A stretch of DNA of 64,000 nucleotides from a bacterium (GCA_028278455.1 JANQEH010000308.1:13491-77490); one strand, 5' to 3'; positions 18,709 through 28,067 are shown, numbered from the stretch's first letter. The notes: generated by a model not told the origin, from the sequence alone. A program made the numbers and translations.

Positions 18709-20001
18709 TCATTTTATATGCAGCCACTTTATCACTTCTCTGAATGTGGCTTTTTTCCCGTACATCAATATCCCCACCCGGAAGATCCTTGATGACAATA
18801 TCACAGTCCCGACTGTCGAGACGAACAGGATCAATATTGAAAGCAGTGTACCCTCTGGAATCATCGGATCCAGGGCCGCTATCCGGGCGATCATGATGAT
18901 AGGCGTGAAGAATGGGATCAAAGAAGCTATGTATGCCTGGTTTGTTTCGGGATTTTCTACAGAGATCAGTGAAATGAAAAAAGCAATGACTACAAAAACA
19001 GTCACCGGCATCTGGAGTTGTTTGCCTTCATCCTCAGTGTTTACCATTGCGCCTATTATACCGTAGATAGAGGCGTAAAAGATGAAACCCATAATAAAAT
19101 ATACAAGGAGGTATACCAACACGACAGGAGATACCCTTATCTGCTCTATAATGTCCATTACTTCTGAACTTGCAGGGATGAATGATTCAGAGAAAAAAAT
19201 TCCCAGTATGAAAAGTGTTCCGTAAATAACAAGCTGGGTGAATCCAAGCAGACAAATCCCGAGTAGTTTTCCGGACAGAAGCTGGAATGAGGAAACTGAT
19301 GAAAGGACAGTTTCTGATACCCGGGTGGATTTATCTTCGATAATACTGTTCAGAAGCATCTGACCGTAAATCAAAAGCACAAAATACATAATAAAAATAA
19401 ATGCCCTCGCGATCGCATTACTCGATCCGCTGCTTCTCTCCCGGGCTCCGCTTTCCGTAACCTGTATGCTTTCGAGTTCGATCCTTCCCGCCTGCATTTC
19501 TACCTGGACCTCATTGGGCGAGAAACCTTTTTCTATCAGCCGGTAATTCGTTACTATAGTCGAAACCGCTCTCGAAATTTCGGACTGTTCTATAATGTTT
19601 CCGAGACTTCGGGCTGAGTAATATATCCTTCGCTGACGGATGATATTTTCCGGGATAATAATGTATCCATCGATGTTTTTATTGAGGACTTCAGCTTTTA
19701 ATTCTTCTAAAACGGCATTTTCCTCAGACTGGTCTACTGATCTTTCCGTTAACGAGTATTTTGGTTTACCGGTACCGAGTGTATCTGAGAGATTTACAGA
19801 AAGCTCGGAGAATATTTTCCCGGAATGATCTATCACTGTATAGTATTTTGTTGATGACTCAAAGAACTTCTCGAAAATCTGTACTCCTGCGAATATGATC
19901 AACAATAATACAGGGAAAAAAAAGGTCGAAAAAATGAATGCCCTGGTTCTGATTCTTGTTAGGTATTCACGTTTTAAGATAGTAATGATCTTTTTACTCA
20001 T
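18709..20001 (-). CDS. ABC-2 transporter permease (NatB/YhaP-like)
   Basis: KREYLTRIRTRAF, IIEDKSTRVSETVLSSV, GKLLG, IPFFTPIIM and FRVGILMYGK. Confidence 0.9.
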   Translation of the reverse strand: MSKKIITILKREYLTRIRTRAFIFSTFFFPVLLLIIFAGVQIFEKFFESSTKYYTVIDHSGKIFSELSVNLSDTLGTGKPKYSLTERSVDQSEENAVLEELKAEVLNKNIDGYIIIPENIIRQRRIYYSARSLGNIIEQSEISRAVSTIVTNYRLIEKGFSPNEVQVEMQAGRIELESIQVTESGARERSSGSSNAIARAFIFIMYFVLLIYGQMLLNSIIEDKSTRVSETVLSSVSSFQLLSGKLLGICLLGFTQLVIYGTLFILGIFFSESFIPASSEVMDIIEQIRVSPVVLVYLLVYFIMGFIFYASIYGIIGAMVNTEDEGKQLQMPVTVFVVIAFFISLISVENPETNQAYIASLIPFFTPIIMIARIAALDPMIPEGTLLSILILFVSTVGTVILSSRIFRVGILMYGKKATFREVIKWLHIK

Positions 20002-20023
20002 TCCTTGTCCCCCGTAAACTCTG

Positions 20024-20728
20024 TCAATCCTGGAATTCCAGCCTTTTCTTATAAATCCTCAGACTAATATAAGTAAAAATGAAGCCTGATACCAGTAATA
20101 CAACGGGTGCAAATCCTTCGAATATTCTGTCTAAAAAACGCTCAATAGGATTTTCCATAGAGTTCATCGAATCCGAAGGTTCGGTGCCCATGAAACTCAA
20201 CACTATGATCATAATTACAGTTGAAATAAATGTGAAGTAAACTAATGAAGGCAGCTGGTCAATGTAGATTCCGAAAAATGCTCTTTTTCTTGTCAAAACA
20301 AATGCCATATCCTTGACAATATAGAAATTCGAATTAATAATTAACAATATCCCTGTTACCGATAAAAGATAGCGGCTCATCATATTTCCGGGATCTGTTT
20401 TTAAAAACATATCTGCGACAAAAACTGAAACTGCAGGGATCAGCCAGAAACCAATTGGTATTAATTGCCGCACTATTCCGGTTTCCCGGACAGAACCCGG
20501 TTTGAATATGTAGAATCTTTCCCTCTTCGTCGTGATCCAGGTTGCATAATAATTAGCCATAAAAATCAGTGACATAGTGGTAGAAATCGAAATAAATGCA
20601 CCGGTAGAGATCATCCCCGTACCCCAGCTCCATAGTAGATGGTATATCCATGCGGTTATAATACAGAGGTATAAGAAAATTATCAGAGTTTTGTAATAGG
20701 CGATTTCGGTTTTGATTTTGGTAAACAT
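20024..20728 (-). CDS. Small polytopic membrane protein, putative ABC-2-like permease (paralog 4 of 4)
   Basis: About 6 hydrophobic segments; shared N-terminus IKTEIAYYK and KRERF...P...GIVR loop. Confidence 0.65.
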   Translation of the reverse strand: MFTKIKTEIAYYKTLIIFLYLCIITAWIYHLLWSWGTGMISTGAFISISTTMSLIFMANYYATWITTKRERFYIFKPGSVRETGIVRQLIPIGFWLIPAVSVFVADMFLKTDPGNMMSRYLLSVTGILLIINSNFYIVKDMAFVLTRKRAFFGIYIDQLPSLVYFTFISTVIMIIVLSFMGTEPSDSMNSMENPIERFLDRIFEGFAPVVLLVSGFIFTYISLRIYKKRLEFQD

Positions 20729-20737
20729 GATTTTCTG

Positions 20738-21391
20738 TCAGGTTATATCAAAAAAAGATTTTCGTCTCATATATGTAAAAACACTGCTCACGGTAAAAAA
20801 TATAGTGATGCTGAGAAAAATAATCAGACCTTTCCTTCCGGAATTGATAATTGTGTCAACAAGATCAATTACATTCCTAATAAAATTACCGGAGATCGCA
20901 TTAGTAAAAAGAAGAAGGTTTACGAGCAGGGCTAATACCAGAAACAGAACTGCTGCCGCAATTAGTCTTTTATTTATGAACATATAGAAAAGATCGTACA
21001 TTATAAAGAAAAAGGAATATATGAAGACTACGATACCGGAGAAAAGCAGGTATGTACCCTCGCTCAAGCTGTTATGAAAAGAGAGTGCAATATCAAAGAT
21101 AAACAGCGTGAAATATACAAAGAATACGGGGATTATGATGAACATTATCCTTGATATGCCAATTGAAACCGCCGTAACAGGCAGCACGATGCATCTTTGA
21201 TCCCTCTTTTCTTTAAAACGCATGGGTGCCATAGTATTGATCACCACGAAAGGGAGCAGAAAATACAAGAAGTTCAGACTCCCTTCCTTTCCGGTCATGG
21301 ACTCACCAACAATCAGCATAATTACTACAGCGAGAGCAGCAACCATCATCCATTTATTGTATTCTATTTCTGACAGAATTATTCTCCACAT
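20738..21391 (-). CDS. Small polytopic membrane protein, putative ABC-2-like permease (paralog 3 of 4)
   Basis: ILSEIEYNK start, KEKRDQRCIVLPV...IGISRI loop and RRKSF end. Confidence 0.65.
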   Translation of the reverse strand: MWRIILSEIEYNKWMMVAALAVVIMLIVGESMTGKEGSLNFLYFLLPFVVINTMAPMRFKEKRDQRCIVLPVTAVSIGISRIMFIIIPVFFVYFTLFIFDIALSFHNSLSEGTYLLFSGIVVFIYSFFFIMYDLFYMFINKRLIAAAVLFLVLALLVNLLLFTNAISGNFIRNVIDLVDTIINSGRKGLIIFLSITIFFTVSSVFTYMRRKSFFDIT

Positions 21392-21415
21392 ATGAAATGT
21401 CCCGGTTAAGGTTTC

Positions 21416-22072
21416 TCACTCGAGAAATGATTTCCTTTTAGTATAAGTGAATACTGAGATCAAGGCAAAAGTAACGCTGAAAAGCAGAAAGAAGTAGCTG
21501 CCGAAATCACCCGAAAACGGATTGTAAGCAGGGAAATCATTCCTGAAAAACCTGATCACATCCACAGCGGGATTCGGCCAATCCCTGTTCATTGCCATCA
21601 TAGTATATATTCCCAGCAAATTGCCTGCAAGTATGAGAATGACAACTATCTTTGTAAATATTTGCTGGGTAAAACCGATCTTTCTGAAGAATTCCAGAGA
21701 AGTGTCCCTTAGAATAAAATATCCTGAAAACATTAATATCATCACACCATTTACTAATATCAATCCTTCTATCAACCTCCATTCGGAAGGCTTAATTAGA
21801 AGCAATGCAATAAACGTAACAACCGTGAACAGCATAAAAGGCACCGTGTGTATTACTATCCTGACCACCGCTGGGCTTAAGATCGATACCGGCAGAACGG
21901 CGAGATTTCTCTCTCTTAGTTCTTTGTTCCTTAGAGAACAGATCGAATTAAGAACGATATAACCCATTACGCCCATCAGCCAGTTATACTTTGATAAGAG
22001 AAGCAGCATGGCATACATTAAAAAATAACTGGTTTTATAATAACTTATTTCAGCTTTCAGTATATTCAGCAT
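21416..22072 (-). CDS. Small polytopic membrane protein, putative ABC-2-like permease (paralog 2 of 4)
   Basis: ILKAEISYYK start, RNKELRERNLAVLPV...VVRI loop and KRKSFLE end. Confidence 0.65.
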   Translation of the reverse strand: MLNILKAEISYYKTSYFLMYAMLLLLSKYNWLMGVMGYIVLNSICSLRNKELRERNLAVLPVSILSPAVVRIVIHTVPFMLFTVVTFIALLLIKPSEWRLIEGLILVNGVMILMFSGYFILRDTSLEFFRKIGFTQQIFTKIVVILILAGNLLGIYTMMAMNRDWPNPAVDVIRFFRNDFPAYNPFSGDFGSYFFLLFSVTFALISVFTYTKRKSFLE

Positions 22073-22100
22073 AATTCCTCCGGTCCGGGATCAGTCCCGA

Positions 22101-22775
22101 TCAATCCAGGAAATTCTTTCTAAAATTTAGAGTTACAATTGTTGATGAAACAAGTGCAAATAGGCAGACTGCGCCATAAACTAAGGCAGATGTGCTTTCT
22201 AAAGGATTCTTATATACAAGATTTTCTACAAAGACTATCACTTTTTCGATAGGTCTGAATAAGTGTCGGGTCGATTCAAAAATGGCAAAGAATGTAAATA
22301 TATTGAGGATAAAAACTACTGCGAACAATATTATAATGGCTCTTCTTTTAGTTAGACCATATCTGCGCATTGTCTCGATCATTCTATCACGCAGAATATA
22401 TACAACACAATAGACTGTAATGATCAATCCTGAAAATGAAACAAGTGAGCCTGTATTCAGATTATGGCCGCTGATCAAATAATTTGAGACGAGTGAATAA
22501 ATAACCACACCGAGGAATGGAATAAGAAGTAAAGAGATCCGCAGCAGACCTATCGCGGTCATGTTCACAGGGATCAGGGCAAAATACCTGTCACGTTTTT
22601 CCTTGTTTCTGAAAACGTTCAAATTGTTGACCGTTATAAAAGTAAGGAACAGAATCAGAATATTCGGAGAATCGGGACGGTACGAGTTATAAGCCGTAAG
22701 CATGACCACCAGTCCAAATAGAGTGAGGAGATGCTGCTTGTTGTAGCTGATCTCAGCCCATAGAAGCTTAAGCAT
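22101..22775 (-). CDS. Small polytopic membrane protein, putative ABC-2-like permease (paralog 1 of 4)
   Basis: Start reassigned to ATG 22775 (MLKLLWAEISYNK), which aligns with the paralogs and overlaps the ATPase stop; RNKEKRDRYFALIPV...LLRI loop and FRKNFLD end. Confidence 0.65.
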   Translation of the reverse strand: MLKLLWAEISYNKQHLLTLFGLVVMLTAYNSYRPDSPNILILFLTFITVNNLNVFRNKEKRDRYFALIPVNMTAIGLLRISLLLIPFLGVVIYSLVSNYLISGHNLNTGSLVSFSGLIITVYCVVYILRDRMIETMRRYGLTKRRAIIILFAVVFILNIFTFFAIFESTRHLFRPIEKVIVFVENLVYKNPLESTSALVYGAVCLFALVSSTIVTLNFRKNFLD

Positions 22776-23646
22776 TGTTCTCTCCACGGAGTATATGGAC
22801 AGCGATCTCGTCGATGCTAAGCCTGTTATCCTGGATGTTCTCTGCTCCGAGCTCTCTAATGTGCTCAAGTGTCTGATTGAATTCAGAGCTGATAACCTGG
22901 TATTCCCTGCCGTCCTGTTTAAATGATACACCAGATTTGAATTGGGACTGGTTCTTTTTCATGCGGAATGATATCTTTCTCCAGTTCTCGATCAGGTCAT
23001 CTTTTGGAGATTTCAATTTGATCTTGCCTTCTACAAGAAAAGCGAGATCATCCGCCAGCCTGCTGATATCCGACAGGATATGTGTGGAATAGAAAATCGC
23101 TCTATCTTCACTCTCAACGACTTCAAATAGAACATCCAGTACTTCCGACCTTACAACCGGATCTAGCCCTGAAGTCGGTTCATCCAGAAGGAGCAGTCTT
23201 GGTGAATGTGCAAGGGCGGATACTATCGCGAGTTTGGCACGGTTGCCCTTGGATAGGTCTTTAGCTCTTTTGTTAACCGGGACATCGAATTTTTGTATCA
23301 TGGTATTAACAAGTTCATCTGACCAGTCGGGGTAAAATTTCGAGAGGAATTTCAGGTTCTTTGCACCAGTCCAGTTCTCGTAGAAAACATGAGTATCGCC
23401 GACATATCCGATATCGAATTTCCATTCCGGATTCTTGTGTTCATTTTTTCTTCCGAATATCGTCATATCACCTTTATCCGGTCTGATGAGTCCGGCCAGA
23501 CAGTTGATAGTTGTCGTCTTTCCTGAGCCATTGGGGCCTATATAACCCATTACTGTACCCGGTTCAAGTGACAGATCGAGCGGTCCGAGTTTGAATTTCG
23601 GATAACCTTTAACCATTTGCCTGATCTCAAACGCATTATCCATCAT
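22768..23646 (-). CDS. ABC transporter ATP-binding protein (YtrB-like)
   Basis: GPNGSGKTT, LSKGN signature, LLLLDEPTSGLDP and STH; start placed at MMDNAF after a GGAG SD. Confidence 0.93.
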   Translation of the reverse strand: MMDNAFEIRQMVKGYPKFKLGPLDLSLEPGTVMGYIGPNGSGKTTTINCLAGLIRPDKGDMTIFGRKNEHKNPEWKFDIGYVGDTHVFYENWTGAKNLKFLSKFYPDWSDELVNTMIQKFDVPVNKRAKDLSKGNRAKLAIVSALAHSPRLLLLDEPTSGLDPVVRSEVLDVLFEVVESEDRAIFYSTHILSDISRLADDLAFLVEGKIKLKSPKDDLIENWRKISFRMKKNQSQFKSGVSFKQDGREYQVISSEFNQTLEHIRELGAENIQDNRLSIDEIAVHILRGENNA

Positions 23647-24046
23647 GTTCTCCTGTATGTTTTTCTCTATTATTTTCATTATTGAGGAGTTCTTTTACTA
23701 TCATTACGATCTCTCCCGGCTCTAATCCTTCTGCCAGGGCGAGATCGATCACCGGTTTCAGATTGTCTGAAAATCTTTGATTTGCCATAGATCTTTTCCT
23801 TTCCCTAACAAGATCGGTAACGAAAAATCCTTTGCCTCTTCTTGAATGGATAAGGCCTTCTCTTTCAAGGCTTTCATAAGCCCTCTTTACTGTTATCACA
23901 CTGATATGCTGGTCCCTTGCCAGTGCCCTTATCGAGGGGAGATCGGATCCCGCCGGCAGTTCGTCGACCAGGATCTTGGCCCTGATCTGTCTTACAATCT
24001 GGCTCTGCAGCGGTTCTGATGATAGGTCTGTAAGGTTCAGAAGCAT
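23636..24046 (-). CDS. GntR-family regulator, YtrA subfamily
   Basis: 136 aa; EPLQSQIVRQIR...LPSIRALA...ISVITVKRAYESLEREGLI...GKGFFV with a short C-terminal helix; upstream of an ABC ATPase. Confidence 0.92.
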   Translation of the reverse strand: MLLNLTDLSSEPLQSQIVRQIRAKILVDELPAGSDLPSIRALARDQHISVITVKRAYESLEREGLIHSRRGKGFFVTDLVRERKRSMANQRFSDNLKPVIDLALAEGLEPGEIVMIVKELLNNENNREKHTGEHDG

Positions 24047-24069
24047 AAGATTATTTATATACAGTTTTA

Positions 24070-25572
24070 TTATTTGATTTTGAATAGAAGCATTGTTGTG
24101 TCATCCCTGTCACCTCCGGATTGACTGAATGCATTTATGTCATCTTTGATTATTTCTATAATTTCCGATGCATCTTTTTCCCTGATCCCGGAGAGCATAT
24201 CGTATAATTTCTGTTCACCGTATTCATTACCCTCACGGTCCATCGCTTCGGTCAGACCATCTGTGTAAAGAAGTATATTATCTCCCGGCCCGGCGGATAT
24301 TTCTTCGACAAAGTAGTCTTCATCAGTCGTTATTCCCAGTGCAGGACCGGTCGTTATCAGAAGCTCCTTCGTACCGTCCTCCCGGATCACTACGGGATAA
24401 TTATGCCCTGCATTTGCATATTCGAGAATGCCTGTATTCTTGTTATATATTCCAAAAAAAAGAGTTGTGAAATTCTGTGCCGACGTATATTTTTTTATAT
24501 GCTTGTTCAGATGCTTAAGTATTTGTGTTATAGGTTTACCGGATCCTGCCTCTCCTTTCAACATCGCCTGTATTTGTGATATCAGCATAGCTGCCGGCAT
24601 TCCTTTTCCACAGGCATCAGCTATAACAAGTCCGAACCTGTCTTCATCGATAGGGAGGTAATCATAAAAATCACCACCTACACGAAAAGACGGTTTTGAA
24701 TAGGCTGCGATCTGAAATCTTTCATTATCGGGAAGTTCCTTCGGAAGAAGGTCCTGCTGTATTCTGCTTGCTAATGAAAGTTCCTCATCAAAACGTTTCT
24801 TCTCAACTGTCTCTACGTAAAATCTTGCTGTAATTAAAGCTGTAGCGAATTGGTTTGCCAGTATAGTCAGGACTCCCTGATCCTCTTTCGTGAATGGATT
24901 CCCTGATTTCTTTCCGGGTAGTGCAAGGATCCCAAGAAGAGATTCACCGTCTTTCAAAGGGAAGATGATATTTATTCTGCGTTTTGTAATTTCATTATAC
25001 ATAGTGCTTTTTTCGGCAGGCATTTTCAGGTTTCCCGCATCAACCGGAAGATTAGCCTTTGCAAGATCATAAATCATCGGATCGTTCATATCAATTACTG
25101 TTTTCCGTCCTGCACATTGATCAGACAGTACCCTGTAGCCGGATAGTTCTGATTCATAAACTGCCATCAGGATTTCGGGAATATTGAAGTGATTCCTGAT
25201 ACTTGTTTTCAATATTTCGAACAGTCTGTCAAGCTCGAAAACGGATTTCAGCTGATTGGAGAATGTATCTATAATATTCAGAGATGTCTCGTTTTTGAAC
25301 AGACGCCTTAGAGAGATCTCCTGTTTTTTTTCATCAGATAAGGGATTCACCAAATATGCGTTTCCGTCCTTTTCCAATATACCTTCCTTTTCAAGGTCAT
25401 CATAGGCTTTAACTACCGTTAATGTGCTTATATGGTGGGTTCGCGCCAGAGTTCTGACAGCCAGAACAGGTTCATTTTCAATCAAGTCCCCTGCAAGGAT
25501 CTTCTCCCAGATCTGTCTGGAGATCTGATTGTGGAGAGGCTCATTTGAATATTCGGTTAAGTTGAGTAACAT
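24070..25572 (-). CDS. GntR wHTH-GAF-SpoIIE/PP2C phosphatase fusion protein
   Basis: Start reassigned to ATG 25572 (MLLNLTEYSNEPL, homologous to the downstream GntR start); GAF segment IFPLK...LGILAL...PFTKEDQGVLTILANQ; PP2C motifs VGGDFYD, IADACGKG, YTDGLTEA and DDTT. Confidence 0.88.
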   Translation of the reverse strand: MLLNLTEYSNEPLHNQISRQIWEKILAGDLIENEPVLAVRTLARTHHISTLTVVKAYDDLEKEGILEKDGNAYLVNPLSDEKKQEISLRRLFKNETSLNIIDTFSNQLKSVFELDRLFEILKTSIRNHFNIPEILMAVYESELSGYRVLSDQCAGRKTVIDMNDPMIYDLAKANLPVDAGNLKMPAEKSTMYNEITKRRINIIFPLKDGESLLGILALPGKKSGNPFTKEDQGVLTILANQFATALITARFYVETVEKKRFDEELSLASRIQQDLLPKELPDNERFQIAAYSKPSFRVGGDFYDYLPIDEDRFGLVIADACGKGMPAAMLISQIQAMLKGEAGSGKPITQILKHLNKHIKKYTSAQNFTTLFFGIYNKNTGILEYANAGHNYPVVIREDGTKELLITTGPALGITTDEDYFVEEISAGPGDNILLYTDGLTEAMDREGNEYGEQKLYDMLSGIREKDASEIIEIIKDDINAFSQSGGDRDDTTMLLFKIK

Positions 25573-25608
25573 AGTAATTTCTGAAAATAGATTTTCGTAA
25601 TCTGTTAT

Positions 25609-25633
25609 ACTGTATATACGCAATATACACAGT
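25609..25633. promoter_or_regulatory. Putative YtrA-type GntR operator
   Basis: Inverted repeat ACTGTATATA-CGCAA-TATACACAGT (one mismatch); the outer-hexamer spacing of 13 nt equals that of the B. subtilis YtrA site AGTGTA-N13-TACACT. Confidence 0.75.
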
Positions 25634-25642
25634 TGTGTTTCA
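25617..25642 (-). promoter_or_regulatory. SigW-like ECF promoter
   Basis: Minus strand reads TGAAAC-acaactgtgtatattg-CGTA (N16), about 45 nt before the operon start. A sigma70-like TTGCTA-N17-TATATT overlaps it. Confidence 0.65.
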
Positions 25643-26176
25643 TATAGCAAGAATTATTTTGGATTGTTTGTTATTTTTGAGTATAGTCTAAAGAAATTTC
25701 AATATATACATCCCCCTTTTTCCCCTGCACAGGGGAGTATTATATAATAAAATTAAAAAGGTGTATCAGTTAAAGATCCAGGCAATAACGGGAATTTAAT
25801 GAAGTCCTGTGACAGAAAAAGTGATAGTTATTCCTCCACGGGGATCTATTATCGTATACGCCCATTGATGGGGGATTCAGGGGAACGCAATGTTTTTAAC
25901 CCGGAATTGATTTTATAGTTTAAAAAAATCCGGATTCCCGCAAAAACCTGTGGAGATGACAATATGTTTCAAATCTGAAATGACCGTAATCAGACTGAAG
26001 TAGTGACATTCTCTATTTAGATAGAAACACTTCTCATGAGTAGAGATATTTATAATAATGGTATCAGGAGAAAAAATACAGTTTAACCATGAATGAGATA
26101 AAGGCAAATAAAAAGATAGACGCGGGTTTCAGCCTGAGTATTCTATTTATATTATAATAACAAAACAGACAATGAT

Positions 26177-26737
26177 CTATACGATCTCACGGATGGCGTC
26201 CGGGTGTGGAGAAGGTATAACAACTTTATTTACAAGAAGCCCCTTTTTTGCTGCGATCCTTGCTCCGGAATCTACGGCAGATGTTACAGCTGCTACCTCA
26301 CCTGTCAATGTACAGAATGCCTTGCCACCAATTGCCATTGCAAGCCTTATCTCGACAAGCTTGACCTTTGCTGTCTTTACAGCTGCATCTGCTGATTCGA
26401 TTAGTGACGCCACAGAGAATGTCTCGATCAGGCCAAGGGCTTCGACTTTTCCGATCTCGTTTACGGCATTTATAGCAGGAAATACCGATTCATGAACATT
26501 CGGTATCACGAAAGTATCTACTATTGCCTCATCACCGGCTTCCGTCCCGGCCGCAACTGATGAATAGACCGCATCGACATCCCCTCTGACCATTGCCATG
26601 TATTTTCCGGGACAGATTGATCTTGCCAGTACAAGTTCTACTTCCGCTGCCTTCAGCATAGCATCGCAGGCGAAATAGCCTTTGGATATGCTTGACAGCT
26701 CTATAATTCCTATTGCATTAAGTTCCTGTTTTGCCAT
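26177..26737 (-). CDS. pduT: Tandem BMC-domain shell protein (BMC-T), PduT-like
   Basis: Two BMC repeats (AIGIIELSSISKG...DAMLKAAEV; ALGLIETFSVASLIESADAAVK); ARSICPGKY retains the Cys that ligates the pore Fe-S cluster in PduT. Confidence 0.88.
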   Translation of the reverse strand: MAKQELNAIGIIELSSISKGYFACDAMLKAAEVELVLARSICPGKYMAMVRGDVDAVYSSVAAGTEAGDEAIVDTFVIPNVHESVFPAINAVNEIGKVEALGLIETFSVASLIESADAAVKTAKVKLVEIRLAMAIGGKAFCTLTGEVAAVTSAVDSGARIAAKKGLLVNKVVIPSPHPDAIREIV

Positions 26738-26747
26738 TTTTTTCCCG

Positions 26748-28067
26748 TTATCTCTCGATAGTTATTGCCGTTTTATCTATGTAAGTTACTTTACCGCTGA
26801 TGCTGGAATGAATATTGACTCCAAGCTTTTCTTCCGGGACTTCGGCTATCGTCTCGCCTTTTTCAACTCGATCGCCAATATCAACAATTGGTACCGCGGC
26901 TTCTCCTACATGCTGTTTCAGACGGATAATAACTTTATCAGGTTTTATATCAACATCCCTGAAAGGAGCCGGTTTATTATACCTGCTTAATCCCAGTCTC
27001 AATGTTAGTTTTTCCAGTGGTACCCGTCTCGAGTCCTTCATTTCATGGACTTTTTCGCGCGATTCAGGAAAGTCCCTTCCCCTCTCAACTGAGTTCAGAG
27101 CTTTTTTTGCTTCAACACATACCTGCTTTGGATTCAGGTCTTCCGGGCAGGCATACAGACTGCAGATATTACACTCGCAGCAAAGAAGGCCGAACTGATC
27201 GTAAAGGTCATTATGCGAACCGGTAAATCCGAGGCTTCTCATCACTGTATGCGGCTCGATAGCATAACCGAGAAGATACCGCGGACACATTGCAGTACAA
27301 TCTGTGCATTGATCGCATGTGGATTTTCCGATCCTGCTGAACTGCTGGACAGACTGAGATTTCTTTCCGACAAGTGAATGGTCCGGTGGAACAACGATTA
27401 TCCCCGCAGAAGTTCGTGTTAATGCTTTACTAAGATCAAATTCAACAGATCCCATCATAGCGCCGCCGGAAAGCGCTGCCGGTTCCCCGAGTTTCGTTCC
27501 ACCTGCTGCTTCGAGAATATCGTTTAATGTACAACCGATCGGGGCCCAGAAAGTCGAAGGCTCTCTGACATCACCGTTAACCGTAACAAGGGTATTTGTT
27601 ACGGGCTCGCCTTCAGCGGCCTTTGCTATGTTGTACAGGGTTTCCACGTTATTAACCACAGTATTGACTTGCAGGGGAATACCGCCCGGAGGTATCAATT
27701 CCCCGGTCGCCAGGTGGACCAGTTCATACTCGTCTCCGCTTGGGTAAAAGTTACCAAGCTCGAGCATCTCGTACCTGGTTTCTCTAATGAGACTGCTGAC
27801 AATGTTAAAAGAATCCGGGTATTTCCGCTTTGCAGCGAAAAAAACTCTCGATGCCCCTGTCGCTTCGACAGCAAGATCAAGTCCCCTAATGATCGTCTCT
27901 GGATCGGCTTTCATTAATTCTTTATCTTTATGAAGCAGGGGTTCGCATTCTGCCCCGTTGGCTATGAAAAACTTTACCTGTGATTCGAGTTTGACATAAG
28001 TGGGAAAACCGGCGCCTCCCGCACCAACAACACCTGCTTTGCGTATTTTACTGGAAATATCTTTCAT
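26748..28067 (-). CDS. pduS: PduS/RnfC-like flavin and iron-sulfur oxidoreductase
   Basis: GVVGAGGAGFPT, NGAECEPLL, SLBB segment, CDQCTDCTAMCP and CCECNICSLYACP clusters, and a C-terminal LKQHVG...IHSSISG barrel-sandwich hybrid. Confidence 0.85.
   Translation of the reverse strand: MKDISSKIRKAGVVGAGGAGFPTYVKLESQVKFFIANGAECEPLLHKDKELMKADPETIIRGLDLAVEATGASRVFFAAKRKYPDSFNIVSSLIRETRYEMLELGNFYPSGDEYELVHLATGELIPPGGIPLQVNTVVNNVETLYNIAKAAEGEPVTNTLVTVNGDVREPSTFWAPIGCTLNDILEAAGGTKLGEPAALSGGAMMGSVEFDLSKALTRTSAGIIVVPPDHSLVGKKSQSVQQFSRIGKSTCDQCTDCTAMCPRYLLGYAIEPHTVMRSLGFTGSHNDLYDQFGLLCCECNICSLYACPEDLNPKQVCVEAKKALNSVERGRDFPESREKVHEMKDSRRVPLEKLTLRLGLSRYNKPAPFRDVDIKPDKVIIRLKQHVGEAAVPIVDIGDRVEKGETIAEVPEEKLGVNIHSSISGKVTYIDKTAITIER

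Noticed and set aside
22776..22931. Longer N-termini in the ORF track (also 25573-25650, 37837-37941, 42527-42565, 14199-14291, 29316-29417)
   Set aside because: The extensions overlap neighbouring genes or promoter/operator sites, while downstream starts have SD sites or align with paralogs.
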